A DNA stretch of 64,000 bases, taken from contig MU054220.1 in NCBI GenBank assembly GCA_013239625.1, forward strand, positions 3,037,374 through 3,101,373, in the 5' to 3' direction. This stretch comes from Lama guanicoe. Its lineage: Eukaryota. The notes beneath the pieces are model-generated. The model did no database searches. It was not told the origin of the DNA and saw only the letters and a program-made list of their open reading frames with translations. Positions 13,170-26,190 of the stretch are shown here, one piece after another; the stretch's first letter is position 1; each line of letters opens with the position of its first letter. A program made the position numbers and the translations under genes.

Positions 13170-13900
13170 AACCTATTGATTCATTTCTTATTTATTGCCT
13201 TAAAAAACATGTATCAAGTCTGTACTGAGTGCCAGGCAGAGGGCTTGGCGAAAAACGCCTTCTTGTGTCAAGGAGTATGTCTCATCCAGAGTGCATGACA
13301 GACACAGAGTCAGAGAGTTACAAAGTAGTGTGATTCCCGGATGTTCTGCTGGGGGTGCACGGGATGGGAGTGGTGCAGGAGGCGCAGTGTGGTGGTGCTG
13401 ATGGAGATTTCACAGGGAGGGGATGTCAATGCTGAGCCCACCTTGAAGAATGCATGGGGGTTAATTAAGTGGAGCAGCTGACTTGGAGGGTTCTTGTTGA
13501 TTGAATGGAATATTTAGAGGCCTGGAAGAGGTGGGAGTAGGGGAGGGGAGAGAGAGAGAGAATCAGAAAGAGAGCTGCATATCCTGGAGTGCAGCATCTG
13601 AGGGAGCATAGCAAGCTGTGGGCCCGGAAAGGTCTGGAGAAGCCATATCCTTAAGAGTGTGTCTTCTTTCCTAACAGCTCAGGTTCTGAAGACAAATGGG
13701 AGCTCTTGAAGGCACTTACACTTGGGTGGTAGGATGGTGCTGGGGGGTGGGGGTGGAGATCCACATGATCTGGGCTGCGTAGGGGACCACTACAGCAATC
13801 TAGGCAAGATGTGATGGGGGTTTGAACCACCTGCAGCTGTAGGAAGGGGGGCCAGGATGGACCTGAATGGTAGATGTCAATCTGACAGAAAGGATCTCCA
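13170..13900 (-). mobile_element. L2 fragment
   Basis: aaacatgtatcaagtctgtactgagtgccaggca...tgctgagcccaccttgaagaatg...gcaatctaggcaagatgtgatgggggtttgaac. Confidence 0.6.
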
Positions 13901-16179
13901 GCTACTCCTCCTCTCCTGAGCTCCTCATCTTGCCTCTCTTAATCCATGTCACAATATTATAGGGCTGGAAGAGAGCCCAGAGATTGCGCGGTTCAACTCC
14001 TCTTCCACTACACAGAGGGGAAAAACTGAGGCCCAGTCCAAGGATCTGCCTTGGCTAACGTTAAGAAGAGAAATGGCTGCTGGAAATACATGGGGCCCAT
14101 AATTAAGGCTGAATCTACCTACTGGTGACCTTGCATCTGAAGGCTACCTCCTCTCTAGTTCCTGAAAAAGAGCGAGGCCTCATTTGTTTAGGTGGATGTG
14201 AGTCCAAGTTCAGCCTGGGTGCAGGAATCAGAGGTTAGATAATACTGAAGCTGCCCACCTTGCAAGGCTATGAATATAATTACTACTACTAAGAATGAGG
14301 CCCCAAATCAATTTTAAAAGGCGACTTTAATAGAAGGTCCCTGTAGCCCTTTAGCTTTGTCTAGTGTTAGGAACAGCAACACAAAATAGAAGTTGGAGCT
14401 TTTGAAACTACCGTTTAGAAATGCAAACTGAGATCTGTTAGATCCTTCCTGAAAAACAATCTGGGAATTTAAACATGATGGCTCCCCCACCAACGATCCA
14501 CTAGAAGAACCAAAAATATCAAAGGGATACCTCAGGCTCCTGCCAGAGTCAGACGCAGTTTTGAAAAATTCTGAGGGTGAGGTGTCAATGGTGATTAAAG
14601 GCGCCTGAAACAGTGCTGTGGCATGAAAAAAAAATTTCAGACTAGTGTGGGCTTATGAGGATTTTAAATGCCTATAAGGCGAGAATGAGCAGAACTCTCA
14701 GCATCCCTGGAGAAGGGCTCTGGCCCACCCAATAGTTTAGTTTCTTGATTACCGTAATTATGTATCCATAATTCACGTTACAGGAGAGGGATAAAGGCAA
14801 CCCGGTCCTGGGCTGTAATAGGCTAGGTCTGTGTCAGCTGTGAGCAGCCTCTGACATGTTTATTACCAGCAAAGGCCTCGGACATGCTGTAGACTGCTTA
14901 CCTAGGCTTTACCCTCTGTTCTTCCCAGGGTGTTCCAACCGTGCTACAGTGTGTCAAGGAGGAGGGAAGCTTGCCCTGATCTACGCCATGGAGATTTTAG
15001 AAACTCTAGTTCAGCTGATGTTGTTGGAACAAACAAACAAACAATGGATCTGGGGTTAAATGGATTCTCTGTGGTCATCAGCTACATCCTATCGCGAGGC
15101 CTGTTTCCTCATTTGTAAAATAAGACATTTGCTAAAGGAGAGTTGCTCTTGCTTCAAGGTAACTTCATTGTGAAATACAGAAACACTTTGGTGTGGTATT
15201 GGTATTTGGTGTTTGGTAGGCGAGGATGATGACTCGGAAGAGATGTTCAGTGGGGACAGCTTCTGATGCGTCTAATTAGGTGAAGGGCCCAAGTGTCCTT
15301 GTGCGTTCAGTGAGTTGTGCTGTTCCTCTCTTTGTCAAGAGGAGAGCTTTTTGTTTGGTTGATTTTGATTTTTCCTCTGTGATGATAGGGAAGGCAGTTC
15401 ACCATTTTTTCACCATAAGCATAGTATTTTTCTTTCTTTTCAAATGTGCTCTCTCCTCTGTGACGCTGCATGCTTTTGGTAGTAAACTTGTTACTGCTTT
15501 GAGAGCATGAAGCCTTCCAGCCTCCTTCCCAGACACTCCCCGTACAAGGAGAGGTGAAGTGGGGTAAGGGGTGTCCACTCCTTTGACAGCAGCAAGGGGC
15601 AGAAAAGCAACTGAGGTGGCGGCAGGGCTGCAAGTCATTGACAAAGATGGTGCCAGCCAATAGGTACCATGAGGGGACAGGTCAAACACTAAGAGAGTGA
15701 TTGGGAGCCCTGCTGGGGAACAAGCTCCTTGAGCCCGCAGGTTTGACACAGTCTTTCTTATCTATGACCCTTCCTCCCAGAGACCCAAGACATTGCTCTC
15801 CGGATAAACTCCTTCCAACAACTGCCCTAGGCTCCCTCCGACTCTGTGGCCAATTGAAGAACGTTGACACCAACAATGTCTTCCTCTTCCTCACATCTGG
15901 GTCCCTAATTATCTTGCTGATCAAGACTTGTTTTCTTGGCTGTCTGGGTTGTGCTCATTTAGCTCAGTCTAGTCTTTTACTTCTGGGGGAAAAAAAAAAG
16001 ACAAAACAACCTTCTCCTGCCCAACACAAATGATCATATGTAGAAATGCTTACAAGATGCCATTTTCACGCACAGTACTTAAGGGTTCCTCTCTGTATTG
16101 ATAAAATTCCCACCTGGAGCGGAGCCATGTCTCAAAGACGTACTACCTTCTGCCTCTTGTGTGTGAGTGGCTTATACAC

Positions 16180-16585
16180 GAGTTAGTGACCTCCAACCAA
16201 AGGTCACCAGAGACACAACTCTAGTTGAACGAGCTTACTGGCTCCCTGCAACAAAGGAGAAGCACACAGACACACACACACAAAGTGGGAGGGTGCTAGA
16301 GAAGACTACTTATAGGATTTGGGCTTGTGTAAGTGATTTGGAGAGAATTCAAGGAAGCAGGGCTTTGCTCTGGATTGGATGCCACCAGCAAGTGGTGTTA
16401 CTTCTACGATTGGTATCTTAGTAAATCTTCCCTAGAAGGCAGGAGGAATGAAGTGAGACTCAGGCCATAATTGGTAAAGAAACAGCAGTCCTTCCTGGTT
16501 GCCAGAATAGGAGGATGTCTGGTCATTGTTGTGGCTTGGAGAATACCAGGGGCTAAGGGAGAGTGCCAAGCCAGGACCTCTCAGG
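16180..16585. mobile_element. ERV-class solo LTR fragment (family uncertain, MER89/MER110-like)
   Basis: ttataggatttgggcttgtgtaagtgatttgg...ggaagcagggctttgctctggattggatg...taattggtaaagaaacagcagtc resembles a known eutherian LTR consensus. Confidence 0.55.
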
Positions 16586-19500
16586 GGCTGCTTCTCTCTT
16601 CCCCAGTCCTGCCTTTTAGCCAAGGGCAAATTCAGCCCACCAGGCGTCCATCTGTGAATTTCAAGTCTTCACTACTGCCAGCATTGTGTTGATTAAGAGG
16701 CTGTTTACGGAGTGTGGTCTGTAGTTGGACAGGAGCTGGTCTCCCCTGCTCCTCCGTGGAGGGGCAAGTTTCTTCATTTTCTGTTGTGACAAGGGTTACA
16801 TAGCAGCTTTGAAGATTCTGAACAGAATACACCAGGCAGCTGTAACACAGGCAGTGAGTGACCAGAAACAAAACTTGTCACTGGTTCTTGTAACTGATCC
16901 TGAAGACGGGGGCCTAGAATGAGCAAATCCAGGCAATGCAAACGGGCCCTAAATCCAACTGGTTTTTTCCTAGAGATCCGGTGACTTTTTCTTTCAGTTG
17001 ACTTCTAGATTGTTCTACTTGAGCCTGTCGTGTTAATAGAGGTGCAGCAAGAAGGATTTGTTACAGTGTAGATTCCCTTGGGCTATCTGAGAAGAAATTA
17101 AGGGCTATGTAACCATCCAGGACAACACTGGCTAATACATTTACACTGAAATGGTTGGTTTGACTTCTGGAGCAGAGTTGTGTAATTTATGACGTCTCCT
17201 GGGGTCAGGGGGCAGTTTTGGATCATCTTTTCCAGCTGAAGTGTGTCCCTACTGTGCCCTGCTGGCATGGTAGGTCCAGTGAGCCAGTCTGCCAGCCCCT
17301 CTCGGGCTGTTCTCTCAGCTTGCCTGTGTGTGCCTCTTTTTGGAAGTTTCTAGACATTCTTTTCAGGGAAACATGATCCACTGGAAGGCTGGTAATTTTA
17401 AACATCTGAAAGTCTCTAAAATTTGTCCTGAAAACAGAGGAGAAGTTAGTGTGTGGCAGGTGGAATAAACCTGACGTCCACATAAAAAGTAGGATCTCAG
17501 TGGGGCACAGACATACTGGCAATGTCATTATCCCAGCAGGAGCGAGCCAGGTTTTTTTTTTTTTCCCCATTTTTTGCCTTCAGGGCTGGAAGCTTTCCTG
17601 AGCAGAGTTAAAAAGTTTCTGCAAAACAAGATGGAGAGTCTCTGAAGAGAACACATTATTGTAGCAAAAATATCCTAATAATTAGTCTCCATTCTGCTGG
17701 GCTAAGTTTTGCGGAGAGGGTTATGATGACCTAAGAGAAGCATATCCTTGACATGGGGTCAAGGGTCATTTTTAAAAAATTTACATTTGGTATTAATTAC
17801 ATGAGGGAAATTTAAGCATCAGAAGGACTTTTGGGAGGAAATCTACCTTCTGAAATACTTAAAGGAACAGTTACTAGATGTTTGTTATCGATCGTCCGCC
17901 ATAGTTATGGGCTGAGAAAAACACATCAGAGAGGTTTATTTTTTCCTTAAGGGATGGAAGACTTTGGGGTGGGGGGAGCGTCAAAGATAATGGTATTTAA
18001 ATAGGGGATGCTGTCTGGAGAAATCATTTAGTTGGTTAATAGAGAGTGTCAAAGTATAGCAGTGGGCAAGATTGGAGGGACAGGGGAAGGAGAATGGCGC
18101 TGAAGAATCAAAATTAACCTTGTTTTGCCACCTCAGGTGGGAGCTCTCCTTTTCTGCGGTCAGCTCTGAACACAGATCGTGGAGAACTGTGGGGCTTTCG
18201 GGAATGCTTTTTTCTTTCTCATATGTCCTTCTTGACCGAACTGGGAGCTCTGGGAGGACAGAGCCCCTGTATGGTGGTCCTCACTGTGTCTCACGCTGCA
18301 CCTGGCCTAGGGGGTGGGTGGCTCAGCAGATGCTTTGTCACTGGGGTAAGGTCCGAAGGGATTTTTAACCTTTTAAAGACAGGTCTGTTACCCTCCAGAG
18401 CTGAGAAATTACAGTCTTTCCTCTTTCTCTAGAGGTCAAAGAGGTCGAAAAGAAGACATAGACTCTACCAGAGACAAGACGAAGATAGTGCAACAGAGGG
18501 CCATCCCCAAACTCAAACCTTCCTTCCAGTTGTTTTCCAAGAAAGGGAAGTTGAACTTCTACTCCTGGGCTGAATTGGGACCATGGATACTGTCGGGGTG
18601 GGGTGCTGTGGGGCTCTCAAGGGAGATGGGAAGGCCCTGCGAAGGAGGGGACTTACCACTCTGCCTTTCCTGAAGAATTGAGGCCATGATAACATCAGGA
18701 ATAATTACGATGATTTCCACCCGTTTATCTCGGTTTCAATTGCTCCTCTTCCCTCACCCTCCTTTCCTTCTTCTGCTCTTGCAGATTCGACAATTCCATA
18801 CGTTTGTGGCACTTAGATGCTGGGCACTGGACTTGGCTTATAAAGATGAGTGGGACATGATGAGCAACTTATCTATGGGGTCAAGGGTTGATGGCAAAGA
18901 GATGGTAACCAATCAGGTTACAACTGCTTCCTGTTCTGGACCTTCTGGGCTCCAGATGATTTTTGGCTTCTTCTTTGGTTCTGTGCAAGTACATAGAGCA
19001 AGTGCATCTTCCGCACCTTGAAAGCTGCGATGAGAGTTTCCTGATGGCTACTCGTGGCCATTTGCAGGGAGAAGAAGGACTCACACATTGGAGGTGTGCC
19101 CTTAGCTGACAAGGCCCAGAAACAAGGGGTCTGGAGGGACAGGATGGAGATGGGGTGGAGCAAGGAGTAGAATGGTTAAGCGGTGAGTCAAGGATGGCCA
19201 AGGTCAGAACGAGGGCTGGAAATAAAAAATGGGGCAGAAAGAGTGGTCTGGCGGCTGCTGGGAGAGGGCCTTGTCCAACAACTGCAGGGTCCCTGAGCCT
19301 GTCCTGATCCTTCTCCCTGAGGTCTGGAGAAGCCAAGACATGGGCGCCACGCCCCCTTGGACTGAGATGACTACCCTCTCCACACCCTGGAAGACCCTTA
19401 TGAGGCCGGAGGGCTTCATTCCTTTCCAGGCAATAGACTCTCTCCTCTCCAACTTCTCTCCCTCCAAATCCATCTTCATTAGTAACTATAAATGTCAGAG

Positions 19501-22045
19501 TCAGAGCCGTTAGAAGGCTGTTCCTAGATAAATAATGCTTTTCATATTTAATTTACGAGTAGTTCTGCAGCCTCTTTGGGGTGTGCTGGGTTAATTAAGA
19601 GCTGAATTAGATGGAGCTGCATCTCCCTAAGGAGACTCAATTAAACTCTTTCTGGGAAAAAGAGAAAAAGAAAAAAGCAAAATGAGAGATGGAAAAACGG
19701 TTGAAGAAAGGGGTCCATTGGAGGATATCACTTCTTCATCATGACCTCAGCCTAGGGCTGTGTGGAGGGGAGTTCAGGATGCTTTGAGTTCAGCCTTTCC
19801 TTCCTTTATAGTTTAAAGCCTCCCCTAGTCCCCAAGGCAGGCAGTCCGGGTGTGTGGAAGGTACAGGGTACTGACCATGGCGACCCAGGTCAGCTTTTGT
19901 GGCTGGCATGGGGTTAATGCCCTGTAGCTGGGAAACTAGCTCGGAGCTTGGGCCGTGGCCCATTAGACGCAGCTAGGAGTTGGATGTGGTAAGGGGGAAG
20001 CTGACCCCAGGCCTCGGGCCAGGATTCTGGCTCTAAAATCCCAACCCCCATCCCTGGTCCTTCTGTCCCCAAAGTCAGTCCCCTTGGCTAGGACTGAGCA
20101 GGAGAGGGCTGTGTGTGCCCGAGCATTTCATGGGCACTCAGTGAAATCCCACAGAGCTCTGCCCTCCACTGGGAGGACTGGGTCCCGGCGGCCAGTGGAG
20201 GTTGCTGGGGCAGGGGTGGGTGACGAGGCCCCTCTCTGGTGGGACTGCATCCCTCGCTCCTCCCACTTCAGAGGATCAGACCATAGAACTCGGACAATTT
20301 TGTCCTCCCCTCCCATTGAAGGGGAAGCAATACAGCTGAAGTCCTAGAGTGAGTTGGTACAGGGATGGGCCTAGAATTAGAATCCTAGGCTGCTGCCAAC
20401 AACACACTCACATGTGCGTGTATGCCTGCACACACCCCTTTCATGGGCTCGTGGATTCACAGAAGGCTCTCACACACCTCCCACCTGGCAGCCCTCAGGT
20501 ACTCAGAGGCCTGAGGGACGATGTCCCCCCGCATCACAAGCTGACCCTCTCAGTCTCCTATTCACCCTTGCTGTGCAGACAAGAGCCTCCCCACACCCCT
20601 GGAGACCCTGCCACATTCTGCGTTGTCACTGAGTCTGCACACTTTCAGAGTAACAGGCGCTGTCAGCACCCTAATCTCCCCAGACATAGTCACCAAGCGC
20701 CAGACAGTCACAGGCAGTCTCCTGACCTCATTGCCACAAGCTCACTGTCCTGGTATAAGCCTCGGGCTGGAGAACGTCTCTTTGCCCACCATGTGGGTGC
20801 ACGCGTATGCACAGGTGCACACACGTGCATGCGCACACCCAGCACATGGCTCAAGTCCAGACGGCTGCTTTATTATGCAAAAAGGATGGAGCGCTCCTTA
20901 TGACTGTCCCTCAGCCTCCTGTGCAGTTAATTGTAGACTTTGCAGCAAGTGGAAAATGAACCTTCTTGTGTAGCATAGGAAAAGCCGCGCCAGTGGTGCT
21001 GAAGGGAGCCCTCATGTGATGGCCCTCTCCCTTGCAGACCCCAGGAATTCCCTTGCCCATCAAACCTGGATTTGTGACGTCTTGTACGCTAAGGACCTGT
21101 TTTCCTCAGAGGCTCCTACAGCTAACCAGGCTGAAACTTGGCCTCCACCTGCTCGGTTACCTTTGGTTAGCTCTCCATCCTGTAGGGAGATGCTGGAGCC
21201 TGAACAGAAGGGGTGGAGACTTAGACACGGGAGGGGGACTGCTCTGGCTCTCTCTGCATTTACCTGGTTCCTAATGTGTGGCTCTCCCTCCCGTTTCATG
21301 GCCAAGATCATACTGGAGACAGACTCAGCTTCTCTGGCTACCCCAGGGGGCTTCTCCTTGGGTACAGTTTAATGCTTCCCCTTGATACCGGGCAGGTATT
21401 CACCAGGAAAGATCCTCTGGGGAGATGGACTCTGCAAAGCAGTGTCAGGGGCTTCAGTGCCGACTTGAGGGCTGGGAGGGCCGCAGAGATCATCTCTCCC
21501 CAACCCCTCGTGTGCGGCAGAAGAGGAGGGACTTGACCATAGCCACACGGGGGGTTAGGGCAGACCGATCCAGACCCAGGGCTCCTGGCTTCCACCAGCC
21601 TTCTTCTGCTTGGCCGCCCTTGCCTGCCCACATCATGGCTCTTTCTCATCTTTGCTTTTCTTCCATCATTTCATCTTTATCTTGCATAGGGGTATCTTGC
21701 TTTATACAACAGATAAGTCCTTTTAAATGTTGTAAAGAGCTTTTACACATCAAATCATATTGTAGAGTGTGTCTTCTCTCCCTAGGGGAGTTTGCTCTCT
21801 AGGTCCTTAGGTTTGTAGAGCTGCAGTTTAAAAGGGGCTTTACATATTTTCTTTGATCCTTGCAAGAGCCCTGGGTGATGGCAGAGTGGGCAGGGACCTA
21901 TCCCCCCCTGAGAGAGTGGCAGAGCTAAACCTTCCACCTCTTGTCTGCCTTTTTGTGGGAAGCCTTTGTCTGCCCTGCTCGATCGCTGAACTCCTTGTTA
22001 TATTAAATACTCTACCTGGAAATCGGATTGCTTCGATCAGTTTTG

Positions 22046-22295
22046 TGTTTTCCAAAGCATGCTCCATAGAACATCGATCCTGAGAAATCCGCTGTGATGG
22101 AAGGGTTCCTTGGTGAAAAAGTTTGGGAAATGCTGTTTACTGTCTCTCCTTGGAGATTCGCCATGCACATGAGCACATTAAAGGCCCTGGGCAGTCCTGC
22201 TAGCAACACCTGTTTGACTCTGCTTTTCCAAAACTTACTTTGACCATAAAATTCTGTATTTCTGCTGATACCTGCTCTGATGGGACACATTGGTC
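22046..22295. mobile_element. MER103C-like hAT-Charlie DNA transposon
   Basis: tttccaaagcatgctccatagaaca...gggttccttggtgaaaaagtttgggaaatgctg...ttggagattcgccatgcacatgagcacattaaaggc. Confidence 0.8.
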
Positions 22296-24609
22296 TAGTT
22301 TATTTTCGGTGTTCATTTGGGTTTGTCAGGTTTAAGTGATGCCCCCTGCCACACTCCACTTGCTGGACACCACTGGCTTCCCTGTATTTGCTGGGGCATG
22401 AGAGGCTGGTGCTATTTTCTCTGGCTCCTTAAATAGAAGGGGCAAGAGCAGGGAGGGCTCCTGGCGGGGCTGGGCGGAGTGGCCTGGAAGAGTCTTTGTG
22501 AGACAGGAGGCCGGTGGAAGTGAGACCAAACCATCCTGGAGCAGAGAGAAGGGAATAGAACCTGTGTGTATCTGGAGGGAAGCCCTGAGTTTCTGTCTGG
22601 GACCCCTGGTCTCACTCACTGCTCCACCCCTGCCCCTGACCGTGGACTTCCTGTTACAGCCCCATCCACCGGGCACGGTCCCCCAGCATCCACCGTTCTC
22701 TCTCTCTCATCCCCACGTTCTAGGGGTTGTCCTCGCCTCCTCTCCTTGTCTCCATCTGCAACCCTAGCTTGGATTTCTCCCTTCCACCTCTTGTCTGGCC
22801 CCTGGGACAAGGTGCTGTGAGCAGCTAGGCTTTCCAGCCGCCTCCTGGACTTTGATTATATACTCTGTCCCCTCCACCTGCAGTAGCCCACCTGCTGCTG
22901 AGCCCAGGGTTCACATCTGCAGTGTCTGATGTTAGGGCCTCCCCAGGCACCTGGTGAATGGCGGGGGCTAGTGCTCACTTTATCTGTGGCCCTCAGAAGT
23001 GATTCCAGTGCTGGCTGTGTGACTACCCCTGGAGAGGAGGACAGGTTGCCTCGTCCATCTCTGGGACGCTTCTCTTCGAGTGTGGCCTGAAGACCAAGCA
23101 GCCCTCTGCTCTAGCCCCTTAATGCCTCAGCAGCACTTAAGTCAGTCGGCCACAAGGCTTCCTTAGGGTAATGTCTGCCCGGCTCTTCCCCGGGTACCTG
23201 CAGTTGGCTTTGGGATGCAAGTGTCAGAGTCCCCTTTCCTCCGACGACTTATGATGGTCAGCTCACTGAGGCCCCCACAACCTCAGCCCGGCCATTCATC
23301 GCAACGTGCAAGAGGGCAGCAGAGTCCTGGATGCCTGCAGGAGGCCAGGCAGTTTGGCCCCAGTTTTGGCCTTAGAGAAGTCACTTTTGGCCCCTCTCAG
23401 CCTCAAGTCATTAATCCCCCAAATAAGGGAGACTAGTGCTTACCTCTGAGGGATTTATTGAGGGTGAAATGTGATGATAGCTACAAAAAGTACTTTATAA
23501 ACTTTAATAAAATAAAGATAGCATGTCAATTGCCCCCGCTGAGAATGAGGAGGCCACTCGGCAGGGTATTCCATGCAAATGGAGTGATCGTGCTTAGCCA
23601 TCAGAGGTGCTGGTGAAAAGAACTTCTTCCCCTCGCTCTTACAAAATCTTCCTCTCGCTTGATGCCAGTCACCAGAAAACCCTGAGTCAGCCTCAGCCCT
23701 CCTGTGTATTCTTTGCCTGGAAGCACAGTGAGATTCTGCCCCAGCTTCTGCCCTCTGGAAGCACGATATGGTCATCTCTTGGGCAGCACCTGCTCCCTTG
23801 TACAGGGACCTCCCCAGGGGTGGGATTGTGCCCCCCCACCGCCCCAGTCAGCTGCTTCCTGTGTGTTGAATGAGTGAATGATCCACCTGGAAAAACCAGT
23901 GCCACTTTCTGCCTGGACATGGAGTCCTTCTTTGTTACCCTTGGGAGTCCCAAAGCCACAGCCCAGGCTCTTCTCAGGAAAGCAGTCTGTGAACAAACCC
24001 ATGGGGCAAGTGGGATTTTTCATTCTGGCCTCATCCCCACACGTTAATCTCGATACTCTTCTTGTAGGAGCCCTGTCCTCCCTCCCTCCATCCTCCCTCC
24101 TCCTGTTGGTTTCTGTTTCTGGGAGAAGAACATGATCCCAGGTCAGCCTGGGCAACTAGCCCCCCTCTCTGCAGGCAGGCCCCACCCTGGGGGTGGGCAG
24201 CGCAGTGGCAATGTGGGGACATGCTGTTGGAGAACTGCACCTCGTGCGGGTTTAGCTGGAGCCTGGAGGGACCGTGGGGGTGGAAAGGGTGGGACAGTAA
24301 CATAAATGCTGACATTTGGATCTGTGTCTCTTCTTTCTCCCTGAGATGAAGGGGGTGGTGGTGAGCGTGGTGAATAATCAGACAGGCGCATTTGCAGTCC
24401 TGTGTGCAGGGTTCTGTCCTTAGGATGGGAGGGTCTCTCCCCATCCAAGTCTCAGGCTAGGATTCCCTAGGCACCGAGGGATGGACAGATGAGAGGGTCT
24501 GGGTGTCCAGACCAGACCTCAAGTTTCCAGTGCCCTGTTTTGGGGTCATAGGAAGAACCCAATCACTGAGTCATGTCAACCTTGAATTTTGAAGTCACTT
24601 CTGGGGTTC

Positions 24610-24900
24610 ATTTGGCAGCTACTTAGTGGCTGCCTACTGTAAGCCTGGTCCTGCGTTAGGTCCTGGGTTTACAGAGATGAGGAAGCTAAGGCCCTGACCT
24701 CAAGATGCTTCCAGTCTAGCAGGAGAGACATATGCATAGATGTTTAGAGGGGCAAATGGTAATAGATGGGGGTGTGAAAAGTATGATAGATTCTACTTTT
24801 CCAGGAAGGAGCTGGAACAAAAGGATTGGCAGGGGAGGCGGCCTGAAGTGAGACATCAAAGCTGAGTAGCTGCTCCTCAGACAGATGAGGGCGAAACAGG
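24610..24900 (-). mobile_element. L2 3' fragment
   Basis: tgcctactgtaagcctggtcctgcgttaggtcctggg...ccctgacctcaagatgcttccagtctagcaggagagaca. Confidence 0.65.
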
Positions 24901-25070
24901 GAGACAGCTTTAGCTGGCCCCTCCATTAAGTGGGAAGGTCTCAGGCCAGACTGCGGTGCCTCGGGCGGCACGAGGCAGGGGTGGCCTGGGGCCAGAGGTG
25001 GTGTGGAAGAGCCAGGGGCCAGCACAGGCTCAGACCCATAGATCCAGAGGCAGCCCCGTGGGCCGTGTCA

Positions 25071-25104
25071 GGGTCAGCCCAGGGTCAGAACAGGGTCAAG
25101 GTCA
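25071..25104 (+). promoter_or_regulatory. Nuclear-receptor half-site array (DR5-DR5-DR0)
   Basis: GGGTCA-n5-GGGTCA-n5-GGGTCA-AGGTCA. Confidence 0.45.
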
Positions 25105-26034
25105 CTGCTGAAAGCCAGAGTGCTTCAAGCCAGTGTTTTAAAAAGGCAGGTGGAGGGTGAGGGCTTACCTATGGGTGTATTCAGGTCCTGGTTGCTTAGT
25201 CTGTTAAACAGGACTTTGTCTGGATTTGGCCTTCGGGGGAAAAACCCATCAGCAGTCACTGAGGTCACTGCACTGTCCCAGAGCACGGGAGCAGGGGCAA
25301 ATCAGGTAGGAGGCAGCCCTGCGCCGCCCTTAAGGAGCACGTGATGAGCGCTGGCTCTCTGCCTCCTGCAGGAGGGGGGCCTGGATGGAGGGGCTGGAGG
25401 GATGTGAGGGAGTGATGGGAGCTGGGATTGGCTGAGAGGCTTCCGAAAGGTCCTTCTGGGTTGGGCTTTGGCCCGTCACCAGGCCCTCTAGTTCTCTGGC
25501 CCCATGCAGAGGGTGCTGACAATTCTCTCTGTGTGACCTTAACATTTTCCCCACTTGTCAAGGTTCATTTATTTTCTTTTTTCCTCTCTGTAAGACAGAG
25601 CTTATGCTAGGGCCTCTACTCATGATGCCGTAAGGTGCCTGTGTGTGTGTGTGTGTGCATGTGTGCCCCCCGCCCCCCGGCATCAACTGGTCTCCTAATT
25701 TCTTTCCAGCCTCCTACGCACACCTGTCTGAGCCCTGCTCTCCTGCTCAGCTCCTGCTGCTGCTGCCTCTGCCCTTATCTGCTGCCTGCAGCTGTCCATG
25801 GGGACCCAGGCCCCCTTTATCCCTCCTTTCCTCCACTCTCCACTTCTGGCTTCAAAAGCTTTGCACATCTCCAAGCAAGGCCTGAAGTCCCGTTCCAGAA
25901 GCACAGATTTGTTTGTTTGTTTTTGCAAGGTTGGGCAGACATGTCATTGGCGAGTAATCAATAATTGGAAGGAGGAGGAGGTAGAAAGTGGCAGGGGCCC
26001 TTTTCAGGTAGTCTTAAAGCCACATTGATAAGAA

Positions 26035-26190
26035 TAATAATAGCTGACATTTCTTGAGTGTCTACTATGTGCTTGTGACTTTGTTAAATGCTTTATTTAA
26101 TACATTTATTTTCCCTGCTCCTCTCAACAACCCAAGGAAGTAGGTACTATTATTGCCCCCATTTCAAATTGGGTCCCAGAGATGGGGTGA
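26035..26190 (-). mobile_element. MIR SINE
   Basis: aataatagctgacatttcttgagtgtctactatgtgc...ggaagtaggtactattattgcccccattt. Confidence 0.75.
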
